Below, one piece after another: positions 26,071 through 35,128 of a stretch of 64,000 nucleotides of DNA. The stretch comes from Chitinophagales bacterium (GTDB lineage Bacteria > Bacteroidota > Bacteroidia > Chitinophagales > LD1), in NCBI GenBank assembly GCA_044226285.1, contig JBGAHI010000006.1:259547-323546 (forward strand), in the 5' to 3' direction. A model generated the notes under the pieces. That model was not told the DNA's origin. It searched no databases and saw only the letters and a list, made by a program, of their open reading frames with translations. The position numbers were made by a program, and so were the translations under genes. The stretch's first letter is position 1. The number at the start of each line of letters is the position of its first letter.

Positions 26071-27375
26071 TTGAAATTTAAATTCTCCTTTGCGCTTCTT
26101 TTCGCTTGTTTAATGTCTTTCGGTCAAAAAGCACGCATTTTTGCTGGACCAATGGTTGGCTCAGTCACTAATAATTCCGCCAAAGTTTGGATTGGATACT
26201 ACGGTAAAGGAAAGCAAATTTTAGTACTTACCGATACCATTTCTAATCGTATTTTTTATCCTTCTTCTGTTTCTGAAATTAAATCAAAGAAAGAACATCG
26301 CGCAGCTATTGCGAATTTCACACAATTAGTACCAGGTCGAAAATACTTTGTAGTTGCCTCTATTGAAAAAGGAAAGAAGAATGCCACGGCTTCCTTTACA
26401 ACCCTTTCTGATTCAGGTATTCACGATTTTTCATTTACACTTGGATCATGTGCATTATTGGAAACCGGCTTTTGGCGAGGTGTGTTTCCCGGTGGATCCT
26501 CACGAATTTTTTGCCAAATGGAAAAGGCGCATCCCAATTTTATGGTATGGCTAGGCGACAATCTCTATTACTTCAAAAGAGATTATGTTTCGTATGAAAA
26601 GATGTTCGCGCGCAACATGAATATTCGTGCAAAATTCAGTCGGTTAAGACATTTCCTCTCTTCTACTCCGCAATATGCTATTTGGGATGATCATGATTAC
26701 GGTCCGAACGACAGTGGAAAAGATTGGAACAAAAAAGACACCTCTTTACTTGTATTCAAACATTTTTGGCCGAACACTTATCCGCATAAAGAACAGTTGA
26801 ATGGAAATTACTTTTCCTACCAACAATACGATGCCGAGTTCTTTATGATGGACAACCGTAGTTTTAGAGATGAGCCTTGCGACACATGCGCTTTTTTAGG
26901 CGAAACGCAACTAGTATGGCTGAAAAATAAACTTCAAATTTCAGATGCTACCTTTAAATTTATTGCCATTGGTACGCAAGTTTTAAATGCGAATGGTTTT
27001 GGAGAATCGTATGAACAATATAAAAAAGAGCACAACGATTTAATCAACTTCATAACCAAAAACAACATTAAAGGCGTTGTTTTCCTCACGGGTGACAAGC
27101 ATTACAGTGAAGTATGTAAACGAATGATAAATGATTACCCTGTGTATGATTTTACCTGTTCTCCGATTACAACTCCTGCCCTTCCGAGAAAATTATTAGG
27201 TGCTTATTATAATGCCGACAGAATTTCGGGTTCAGACTATGCCAAAAAGAATTTTGGTAAAATTTCTATAAGCGGAGAAAAAGATAACCGTATCGCTAAA
27301 ATTGAAGTGTTTAGTAAAGGAGGAAAACTAAAAAGAACATTGACCATTCCGGCCAATGAATTGCAACGAAAATAA
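26071..27375 (+). CDS. PhoD-like phosphatase (metallophosphoesterase)
   Basis: Signal peptide, then WLGDNLYY, WDDHDYGPND and LTGDKHYSE motifs. Apparent TTG start. Confidence 0.8.
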   Translation: MKFKFSFALLFACLMSFGQKARIFAGPMVGSVTNNSAKVWIGYYGKGKQILVLTDTISNRIFYPSSVSEIKSKKEHRAAIANFTQLVPGRKYFVVASIEKGKKNATASFTTLSDSGIHDFSFTLGSCALLETGFWRGVFPGGSSRIFCQMEKAHPNFMVWLGDNLYYFKRDYVSYEKMFARNMNIRAKFSRLRHFLSSTPQYAIWDDHDYGPNDSGKDWNKKDTSLLVFKHFWPNTYPHKEQLNGNYFSYQQYDAEFFMMDNRSFRDEPCDTCAFLGETQLVWLKNKLQISDATFKFIAIGTQVLNANGFGESYEQYKKEHNDLINFITKNNIKGVVFLTGDKHYSEVCKRMINDYPVYDFTCSPITTPALPRKLLGAYYNADRISGSDYAKKNFGKISISGEKDNRIAKIEVFSKGGKLKRTLTIPANELQRK

Positions 27376-27379
27376 AAAA

Positions 27380-27570
27380 CCCATACAGAACGCCTGACGA
27401 ATAAGCTGCCTCATGTCAGGATTTGGACTGTACACTATCGCTGTAATCTGCTGTTAACCTGTTTTGTGGACGAGGATATCGGAAAACCGATATTGCAGCC
27501 CGCCATTGGTAGTGCATTATAGTCCGGTATTAGATTAAATTATCCAGCTATCGCATCTGTTCTGTATGGG
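27380..27570. ncRNA. Candidate structured RNA (or MITE) closed by a 12-bp long-range helix
   Basis: cccatacagaac (27380-27391) pairs perfectly with gttctgtatggg (27559-27570). There are three internal helices. On the minus strand the element is followed by TTTTTTATTTT. Confidence 0.3.
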
Positions 27571-27634
27571 AGAAGTTTTCGAAGAACGATAATCAATATT
27601 ACGCTAGTTCCCTCAATTTTCCAAAACAGAATTC

Positions 27635-27642
27635 TATTTTTG
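27635..27642 (+). promoter_or_regulatory. Bacteroidota-type -7 box (TAnnTTTG)
   Basis: tatttttg lies 8 nt upstream of the ATG at 27651. Confidence 0.35.
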
Positions 27643-27650
27643 ACAATTAA

Positions 27651-28700
27651 ATGAAGATAATGAATCGTCCATCGGCCATAATAGTTAAAACAACCTCTCT
27701 GCTTCTCATCACTTTTCTTGTATTGCTATGCAGTAATGGATGTAAGCAATGTAACTCTTCGAAGGTGAATACCGATGAGGTAGTTGATACTAGCATTTCA
27801 AAACCTATTCGTGATATGAATGCGGCTATCAAAAAGGATTCGATTAACCCAATGTTGTATTTCAAACGCGCCAAAATTCATGAAGCTGAGAACGATTTAA
27901 AATCAGCGCTAACAGATATGTTCATTGCGATTACACTCGATTCGTTGAATCACGATTACTACACTTACAGTTCGGAATTGTTCATTAAAAGTAATGAACC
28001 TAAACGGGCTATAATGCTGATGAATCAGGCCTTAATATTAGATTCATCTTATATTCCATTTTACATTTATGCCGGCAAATACGCATTCTACGTCAAAGAT
28101 TATGATGGAGCGTTAAAGTACTTCAACCGTGCCATTGAGAAAGACATGTTTGCGCCTGAAACTTATTATTACAAAGGCATGGTCTACAAAGAAAAAGGAG
28201 ACACCACAAAAGCCTTATCCTCTTTCCAAACCTGTGTTGAACAAGATCCAAAAAATGCCGATGCCTATTTACAAATAGGTTTGTTGTTGCAAACCAAGAA
28301 AGATAAAATGGCACAAAAGTATTTAGACAATGCCGTAAAAGCCAATCCCAAAGCGGTGGATGCCTTGTATGCCAAAGGATATGGAGAGCAAGATGCAAAG
28401 CAATACGAACAATCGATTGTTACCTTCCGACAAATTATAGAACGCGATTATAAAAATGAAGAAGCCCTCTACGCTATTGGATATAGCTATTTAATGATGG
28501 ATTCGATTCCGCAAGCGTATAAGAACTTCGATTTAGCCATTAAAATCGATCCAACTTATCATGAAGCCTATTATAAAAAAGGAGTATGTGCCGAACAGTT
28601 AAAACGAATCGAAGAAGCCAAATCGCTGTACCAACAGTGTTTGAATATTAATTCGAAATACGAATTAGCGCAAAAAGCATTAAAACGTTTAAGTAAATAA
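27651..28700 (+). CDS. TPR-repeat lipoprotein
   Basis: Signal/lipobox region (LLCSNGC) followed by tandem 34-aa TPR units (A..Y...G..). Confidence 0.8.
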   Translation: MKIMNRPSAIIVKTTSLLLITFLVLLCSNGCKQCNSSKVNTDEVVDTSISKPIRDMNAAIKKDSINPMLYFKRAKIHEAENDLKSALTDMFIAITLDSLNHDYYTYSSELFIKSNEPKRAIMLMNQALILDSSYIPFYIYAGKYAFYVKDYDGALKYFNRAIEKDMFAPETYYYKGMVYKEKGDTTKALSSFQTCVEQDPKNADAYLQIGLLLQTKKDKMAQKYLDNAVKANPKAVDALYAKGYGEQDAKQYEQSIVTFRQIIERDYKNEEALYAIGYSYLMMDSIPQAYKNFDLAIKIDPTYHEAYYKKGVCAEQLKRIEEAKSLYQQCLNINSKYELAQKALKRLSK

Positions 28701-28711
28701 ATAGTAAATCG

Positions 28712-30367
28712 ATGAAAAAAATTATTGAATGTGTACCGAATTTTAGCGAAGGAAACGATGCCGGTATCATTGAAAAAATTTGTGACAGTATTAAAGCTGT
28801 TCCGGGAGTTAAATTACTGAATGTAGATCCGGGAAAAGCGACCAACAGAACCGTTATTACTTTTGTGGGTGATGAGGAAAGTATTGTAGAGGGTGCGTTT
28901 CAAGCCATTCGAAAAGCACAAGAGCTTATAGATATGCGTAAACATAAAGGTGAACACCCTCGTTTTGGTGCCACAGATGTTTGTCCGTTTATACCAATTG
29001 CCAATGCCACAATGGAAGATTGTATTGCTTGCGCGAATAAGCTTGGAGAGCGAGTTGGCCGTGAGCTTAATATACCGGTATATCTTTATGAATTTGCGGC
29101 TTCAGCAGAACACCGAAGAAATTTAGCGAGTGTTAGAGCCGGTGAATATGAAGGTATTGCCGATAAAATTAAATTATCGGAATGGACTCCTGATTACGGC
29201 AAAGCAGAATTCAACGAAAGAAGCGGAAACATTGCCATTGGAGCGCGGAACATTTTGATTGCCTACAATGTGAATTTGAATACCACTTCTACAAGAAGAG
29301 CGAACTCCGTAGCTTTTGATGTACGAGAAGCCGGACGAAAGGTAAAGAACGAAAAAGGAGAAGAAGTACATCAACCGGGAACCTGTAAAGCCGTTAAGGG
29401 CATTGGATGGTTTATCGAAGAATATGGAGTAGCGCAAGTTTCCATGAACTTGACGGATATTATGCAAACGCCTATTCATAAGGCGTTTGACGAATGTGTA
29501 AAAAGTGCTTATACAAGAGGAATGCGTGTTACAGGTTCTGAATTGATAGGTCTTATCCCATTGCAATCGATGTTGGATGCAGGGAAATATTTCTTGGAAA
29601 AACAACAACGATCAACAGGAGTAAGCGAAGATGAACTCATCAAAATTGCAGTGAAATCAATGGGATTGGATGAGTTAAGTCCGTTTAACCCCAAAGAACG
29701 TATCATAGAATACTTACTTCGCGATGCAAGTGCTGCAAAACTGACATCCATGACATTGACCGCCTTCGCCAACGAAACGGCAAGCGAATCGCCTGCTCCG
29801 GGAGGAGGTTCTATCTCTGCATATGTTGGTGCATTAGGTGTTTCGTTAGCGACCATGGTGGCCAATCTTTCGTCCCACAAACCAGGCTGGGACAATCGTT
29901 GGAAAGAATTTTCTGATTGGGCAGAGAAAGGACAAAAACTAAAAGATGAGTTATTGAAATTAGTAGATGAGGATACTGCTGCTTTCAATAAAATCATGTC
30001 GGCTTTCACCCTTCCTAAAGGCACTGAAGAAGAGAAAAAGCAACGCAAGCAAGCCATTCAAGATGCAACAAAATATGCTATTGAAGTGCCGTTCAAAGTA
30101 ATGCAACTTTCTTATGAAAGTATGTCAGTAATTGAACAAATGGCTAGTATTGGTAATCCAAATTCAGTAACCGATGCAGGTGTAGGTGCTTTATGTGCCA
30201 GAACAGCAGTATATGGGGCATTTCTGAATGTACAAATCAATGCTTCCGGGCTAGACGATAAAAGCTATGCGGCTCAAAAAGTCGAAGAAGGACAGCAATT
30301 ATTGAATTCTGCCATGGCGCTTGAAGCCAAAATTATGGCTATCGTTCAAGATAAGATAAAGGCATAA
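28712..30367 (+). CDS. ftcD: Bifunctional glutamate formimidoyltransferase / formimidoyltetrahydrofolate cyclodeaminase
   Basis: N-terminus IECVPNFSEGND. C-terminal cyclodeaminase block SPAPGGGSISAYVGALGVSLATMVANLS. Confidence 0.9.
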   Translation: MKKIIECVPNFSEGNDAGIIEKICDSIKAVPGVKLLNVDPGKATNRTVITFVGDEESIVEGAFQAIRKAQELIDMRKHKGEHPRFGATDVCPFIPIANATMEDCIACANKLGERVGRELNIPVYLYEFAASAEHRRNLASVRAGEYEGIADKIKLSEWTPDYGKAEFNERSGNIAIGARNILIAYNVNLNTTSTRRANSVAFDVREAGRKVKNEKGEEVHQPGTCKAVKGIGWFIEEYGVAQVSMNLTDIMQTPIHKAFDECVKSAYTRGMRVTGSELIGLIPLQSMLDAGKYFLEKQQRSTGVSEDELIKIAVKSMGLDELSPFNPKERIIEYLLRDASAAKLTSMTLTAFANETASESPAPGGGSISAYVGALGVSLATMVANLSSHKPGWDNRWKEFSDWAEKGQKLKDELLKLVDEDTAAFNKIMSAFTLPKGTEEEKKQRKQAIQDATKYAIEVPFKVMQLSYESMSVIEQMASIGNPNSVTDAGVGALCARTAVYGAFLNVQINASGLDDKSYAAQKVEEGQQLLNSAMALEAKIMAIVQDKIKA

Positions 30368-30492
30368 AGTCTCGTTTTAGACGGAATTATCATACTGTGG
30401 AAAAGTATTTTACTACGCTACATTCTACTTCATTAACTTAGTATAACAACAAATTCAAGCAAATTCTGCTTTAAAAGCTATAATTTTGCATT

Positions 30493-31929
30493 ATGGAAGA
30501 TTGGATGGATGAGGAGCAAGAAGATATGTCGCTGAGCGATTTAATGGGCCTAGTGCAGCAATTTGAACAATCGCAGCAAAGCAGTAAGCCGTTATTTTTT
30601 GATGAAGACAGCTACGAACGCATCATTTTATTTTATCAAGAAAACAGGGAATTCAAACGTGCACTATCTGTTGCGGAAACTGCGTTAGAACAGTACCCCT
30701 ACTCTCCTACTTTCTTCATACTCAAGGCAGAAGTGCTGGCCGAACAAAATCAGTTTGAAGAAGCGTTAAACATTCTGGAAATAGCCGAAACGCTAGATGC
30801 TAATGAGATTACTATTTATCTAATTCGTGCCGATATTTATTTGTGGACATCACAACATAAAAAAGCGCTAGAACAATTGAATTTAGCTTTGCCATTGGCA
30901 TCTGAGAAAGATGACTTTACGGATATTTACCTTTTAAAAGCAGATGTATTCGAAGATCAGGAACAATATTTAGAAGTTATTGATGCGTTAGAAAAAGCTA
31001 TAAAAGCAGATCCATATTCTGAAGAAGCCCTAAGTCGTTTAGGTTTTGCTATAGAGATTACGGAAGCCTTTGAACGCAGTGAGGTCTTTCATCGTGAATT
31101 AACGGAGAGCGACCCCTACAACCATTTTGCTTGGTTTAATTTAGGGCATGCACTTTATTATTTGCATCGTTTCGATGATGCCATTGAGGCGTTTGAATTT
31201 GTTGTTGCTATTCAAGATGATTTTGAACCGGCACACATCTTTTTAGGCGATGTTTGGTTTGAAAAAGAAGAGTATTCCAAGGCCCTTGAAAAATACATGG
31301 ATGCCTCTAAAATTGGGAAGTCGCGCAAAGAAACATTTTTCAAAATTGCTGAGTGTTATGAACAACTCACCGATTTTAAAAATTGCCGATACTATTTGAG
31401 AAAGGCTACGAATATTGATGCTACTTATGATGACGCCTTCTATAAAATTGGAGAAACCTATTTAGCAGAAAACAACTATAATCAAGCGGTTCAGGCCTAT
31501 GAGCGTGCAGTAAAAATCTCACCGGAAAACACATCTTTCTTAATAGCTTTGGGCAATGCTCATATGCTAAACGAAGATACCGATACGGCTTTAAGCTATT
31601 TCAGCAAAGCCATAGACTTAGAGCCGAATGTAAAATCGCATTACATCAATTTGGCCAACGGCTTTTTCAGTGCTGAAGATTTTAATAACAGTATCGATAC
31701 ACTCGATCTTTGCTATTCATTATTCCCAAGTGCAACGGATGTACTTTATATTAAAACGGTATTCCTTTTCCAAATCGGACAGCGAAAAGAGGCATTAGCA
31801 ACGTTGGAAAAGGCCATCAATATTGACACTAAAGACTTATCCCTCATCTTTGACATGAATCCACTCTTGACTGAGGACGATGCGGTAATGTTACTGCTTG
31901 AAAATTACGGACTAACCGATTTTAGTTGA
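30493..31929 (+). CDS. TPR-repeat protein (cytoplasmic)
   Basis: Acidic N-terminus followed by about 10 TPR units. Confidence 0.8.
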   Translation: MEDWMDEEQEDMSLSDLMGLVQQFEQSQQSSKPLFFDEDSYERIILFYQENREFKRALSVAETALEQYPYSPTFFILKAEVLAEQNQFEEALNILEIAETLDANEITIYLIRADIYLWTSQHKKALEQLNLALPLASEKDDFTDIYLLKADVFEDQEQYLEVIDALEKAIKADPYSEEALSRLGFAIEITEAFERSEVFHRELTESDPYNHFAWFNLGHALYYLHRFDDAIEAFEFVVAIQDDFEPAHIFLGDVWFEKEEYSKALEKYMDASKIGKSRKETFFKIAECYEQLTDFKNCRYYLRKATNIDATYDDAFYKIGETYLAENNYNQAVQAYERAVKISPENTSFLIALGNAHMLNEDTDTALSYFSKAIDLEPNVKSHYINLANGFFSAEDFNNSIDTLDLCYSLFPSATDVLYIKTVFLFQIGQRKEALATLEKAINIDTKDLSLIFDMNPLLTEDDAVMLLLENYGLTDFS

Positions 31930-33059
31930 GATAGTATTTCATCAGCCACCTTTCTTGCTCCTGATTCGTTGAAATGGCAATCATCATAAAACACGGATGT
32001 ATCTTTAGGGAGTTTACCGGCAATGTCGATATATAAAATGTTATGTGTTAAAGTAGTACATTTCAGGGTCTCATTAAACATACGCATACCGGCTGCTAAA
32101 GCTTTTGGCGAATAATAAACTCCGCCATTTTGCTCCTGATATTTGCCTATGCCTCCCATCCACAGCAAAGCAGAAAGATTTTCAGAGAGCGAATCTTGCC
32201 AAAGTGTAGCTTGATTGATGCATAACAGTTTCACTTGATGCGCAGCACACAAGGTGGCTATTTGTTCTATGTTTTGATGGAAAATCTTTAGCGATTGCGT
32301 TAAATCGGGTAATGTATCCAATACCTTTGAACGACTACTGTAATTTGCTCTCCATTGTTTTATTATTTCTCCTTTTCTATCGACAGTATTTTTAGCAGAC
32401 TGTGAAAAGAATTTCATTCGCAATGTATGTAGCAATGCTGAATGACCGGTCCAAGTGGTATCGTTGATTCTGCCCGGTATATACCAATAGCGAGAGATAC
32501 TATGCGCTTGAGCCAATGAATCCTTTTGGTTAACGACTGATATATTTAGGGATGGCTTGGCTAATACTTTTACAAAGTCGTTGATACCACACATCAATAC
32601 TACCTGATGAATATTTTTATGTTTCAACAACAATTCGTTGAGCATAAAGTAATTTTCAAACGATGTTTGTCCGCTTAAACCCACAGAAGCAATAACTACT
32701 TGCTTTTTACCGGCACCCATTAATCTTGCAATTGCTGGCGATTGATTCAACAAACTATACCATGTTTCGTTATTGTCGAGATAGTTACATTCGGTTGTAC
32801 TTCCACCAACACATAAAACATTGTAAGTAGTATCGGTAAAATCTTCATCGCCACGAAACCCTTGGGCATTGGTTTTGAATTTCTTTTCACCGTGAATTCC
32901 AACCAAAATAGAGGAATCTGGATGAAAATAATAGGTATGATTAGGCGCATAAATAAATCTTCCGGGAGGATTGAATTTTGCAACTACACGCAGTGCAATT
33001 TCCGCAATGCATAATGCAGTCATTACCCCAACACAAACAAGTAGAATTTTGCCTTTCAA
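31905..33059 (-). CDS. SGNH/GDSL-type hydrolase-like protein
   Basis: N-terminal TM anchor, a GGSTTEC block (Ser nucleophile region) and a C-terminal DDCHFNESG (DxxH) block. The TTG start overlaps the upstream stop (TTGA). Confidence 0.55.
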   Translation of the reverse strand: MKGKILLVCVGVMTALCIAEIALRVVAKFNPPGRFIYAPNHTYYFHPDSSILVGIHGEKKFKTNAQGFRGDEDFTDTTYNVLCVGGSTTECNYLDNNETWYSLLNQSPAIARLMGAGKKQVVIASVGLSGQTSFENYFMLNELLLKHKNIHQVVLMCGINDFVKVLAKPSLNISVVNQKDSLAQAHSISRYWYIPGRINDTTWTGHSALLHTLRMKFFSQSAKNTVDRKGEIIKQWRANYSSRSKVLDTLPDLTQSLKIFHQNIEQIATLCAAHQVKLLCINQATLWQDSLSENLSALLWMGGIGKYQEQNGGVYYSPKALAAGMRMFNETLKCTTLTHNILYIDIAGKLPKDTSVFYDDCHFNESGARKVADEILSQLKSVSP

Positions 33060-33940
33060 CTTTTGAAATTAAATACCGATTGAATAGAACGAACGTAACA
33101 AAAAAGATAGTCATGTAAAAACCCTTTTTGATTGTAGGGATTCTCCGGTATACCTAAAACATCAACCGTTTCCGGATTGGCTTCGCAATAAGTACCGAAC
33201 AATCGATCCCATATAATAAAGGTGTTTCCAAAATTTTTACCGTAGTGTACCGGATTGATGGAATGATGAATCCGATGCGCCAAAGGCGAAACAAGAATAC
33301 ATTTTCCTAACCAGCCCCAATCGCTTTTAATTTGTGAATGGATGAAATATTGATGCGCTTCACGAAATACATACACCCAAACAAAACTTTGAAAACCTGC
33401 ACCAAAAATGATGAAAGGAAACAAATCAATAAAATTAGTGAGAATGGTTTCAGCAGCATGACTTCTTAAGTAGGTCAACATGGTAAAGTCTGTTGCCGAA
33501 TGATGTAACTTGTGCAATTCCCACGACCATCCAAATCGGTGTAAAAGGTAATGCCTAACATAGTTTTTAAAATCACCTACAAACAACATCAACCCAAATT
33601 GCAGAAAAGGATTAGTGATATAATCTATAAAATGCAAACAAAAGTGCTTCTGAATTACACCATAAGCAAAATAAAACAAGCCAAATGTTAATGCAATTCC
33701 AATAAACTGATAAAGATTAAAGGCATGGGTAAGGAAACAAAAAAAATCGTTTTGTGCTGAAGCGTTCCATGTCAATAGCTTTCTTAATGAAGAAGCGCTG
33801 TAACCAACAATAAATGCTTCAACAATTAAACAGCCTAAAGGTACAGCCAAAAATAATGCAAAATCGCTCCATTGAAAATGGTCGTAGTGAGTTATACTCA
33901 AAAACTTTTGCCAGCAATATTGAATGATGTTATCGAGCAT
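33056..33940 (-). CDS. Fatty acid hydroxylase / sterol desaturase family membrane protein
   Basis: His boxes HRFGWSWELHKLHHS and HRIHHS, with multiple TM helices. Confidence 0.85.
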   Translation of the reverse strand: MLDNIIQYCWQKFLSITHYDHFQWSDFALFLAVPLGCLIVEAFIVGYSASSLRKLLTWNASAQNDFFCFLTHAFNLYQFIGIALTFGLFYFAYGVIQKHFCLHFIDYITNPFLQFGLMLFVGDFKNYVRHYLLHRFGWSWELHKLHHSATDFTMLTYLRSHAAETILTNFIDLFPFIIFGAGFQSFVWVYVFREAHQYFIHSQIKSDWGWLGKCILVSPLAHRIHHSINPVHYGKNFGNTFIIWDRLFGTYCEANPETVDVLGIPENPYNQKGFLHDYLFCYVRSIQSVFNFKS

Positions 33941-33979
33941 AAAAAAAATGCCGGAACTTAATTTTCCGGCAAATTCAAA

Positions 33980-35107
33980 TTATAAATTTCCTCTGAGTTC
34001 TTGTTCACGTTCAATCGATTCGAACAAAGCTTTAAAGTTTCCTTTGCCGAACGATTTTGCACCGTTGCGTTGAATAATTTCATAGAAGAGTGTTGGACGA
34101 TCTTGGACAGGTTTAGTGAACAACTGTAATAGATAGCCTTCATCATCGCGATCAACAAGAATATTTAATGCTTTGATTTTAGCAATGTCTTCATTAATTG
34201 CACCTACCCGTGCGGTCAAATCATCGTAGTAAGCATCAGGCACATATAAAAATTCAATTCCTCTTGCTCTAAGTTCAGTTACTGTTGCAATTATATCATC
34301 TGTAGCCACTGCAATGTGTTGTACGCCTGCCGATTTATAGAAATCCAAATACTCTTCGATTTGCGACTTCTTTTTACCGCTTGCCGGTTCATTGATTGGA
34401 AATTTAACGTACCCATTACCATTTGACACCACTTTACTCATCAATGCAGAGTATTCTGTAGAAATATCTTCATCATCAAAAGTGAGCAACAACTTAAAGC
34501 CCATCACATCTTCATAAAATTTCACCCACTGATTCATGGCACCCAACTCCACATTACCTACACAATGGTCGACATGCTTTAATCCTACCGACTTAACAGG
34601 GAAATTACTTTTTGCAGCTTTATAACCCGGTAAGAAAGCTCCGTTGTAATTTTTTCGCTCAACAAACTTGTGAATGGTTTCACCATACGTTTCAATTGCG
34701 GCTATAACCACTTCACCAAATTCATCTTTAGCAACAGTTGGAGCAATAGCCGACTTTGCACCACGGCTTATTGTTGCTTCATAGGCTGCTTTTGCATCAT
34801 CAACCCAAAGTGCCAAAACCTTAACACCATCGCCATGGACTAATTGATGTTGGGCAATAGGATGTGTTGCCGAAAAAGCAGAAGTAAGCACAATGCGAAT
34901 CTTACCTTGCTGCAAAACATATGAAGCATATTCTCTTATCCCGGTTTCAGGACCTGCATAAGCTACTAATTCATACCCCCATGCGGCTTGATAGTAATAG
35001 GCAGATTGCTTTGCATTGCCTACATAAAACTCAACGTGATCGGTGCCATTTAACGGAAGAAAATCTTTTGCTTCCAATGTTGATTGTTCTACCAAAGTAG
35101 ATTCCAT
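33980..35107 (-). CDS. hppD: 4-hydroxyphenylpyruvate dioxygenase
   Basis: 375 aa with HVEFYVGNAKQSAYYY, GVQHIAVATDDI and the FYEIIQR...GFGKGNFKALFE C-terminal motif. Confidence 0.93.
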   Translation of the reverse strand: MESTLVEQSTLEAKDFLPLNGTDHVEFYVGNAKQSAYYYQAAWGYELVAYAGPETGIREYASYVLQQGKIRIVLTSAFSATHPIAQHQLVHGDGVKVLALWVDDAKAAYEATISRGAKSAIAPTVAKDEFGEVVIAAIETYGETIHKFVERKNYNGAFLPGYKAAKSNFPVKSVGLKHVDHCVGNVELGAMNQWVKFYEDVMGFKLLLTFDDEDISTEYSALMSKVVSNGNGYVKFPINEPASGKKKSQIEEYLDFYKSAGVQHIAVATDDIIATVTELRARGIEFLYVPDAYYDDLTARVGAINEDIAKIKALNILVDRDDEGYLLQLFTKPVQDRPTLFYEIIQRNGAKSFGKGNFKALFESIEREQELRGNL

Positions 35108-35128
35108 AATTTTAGATTAAATAATGTA

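Noticed and set aside
27495-27575. Resemblance to the 3' part of the FMN (RFN) riboswitch (cagcccgcc, tatagtccggtat, tatgggagaag)
   Set aside because: The conserved GGGUGAAAUUCCC and GCCGACAGU cores are absent, the helices pair differently, and the downstream gene is a TPR lipoprotein rather than a riboflavin gene.
31905-31929. 25-nt convergent overlap between the TPR gene and the SGNH-hydrolase gene, considered as possible antisense regulation
   Set aside because: Short 3'-3' overlaps are common in compact genomes and nothing else is distinctive here.
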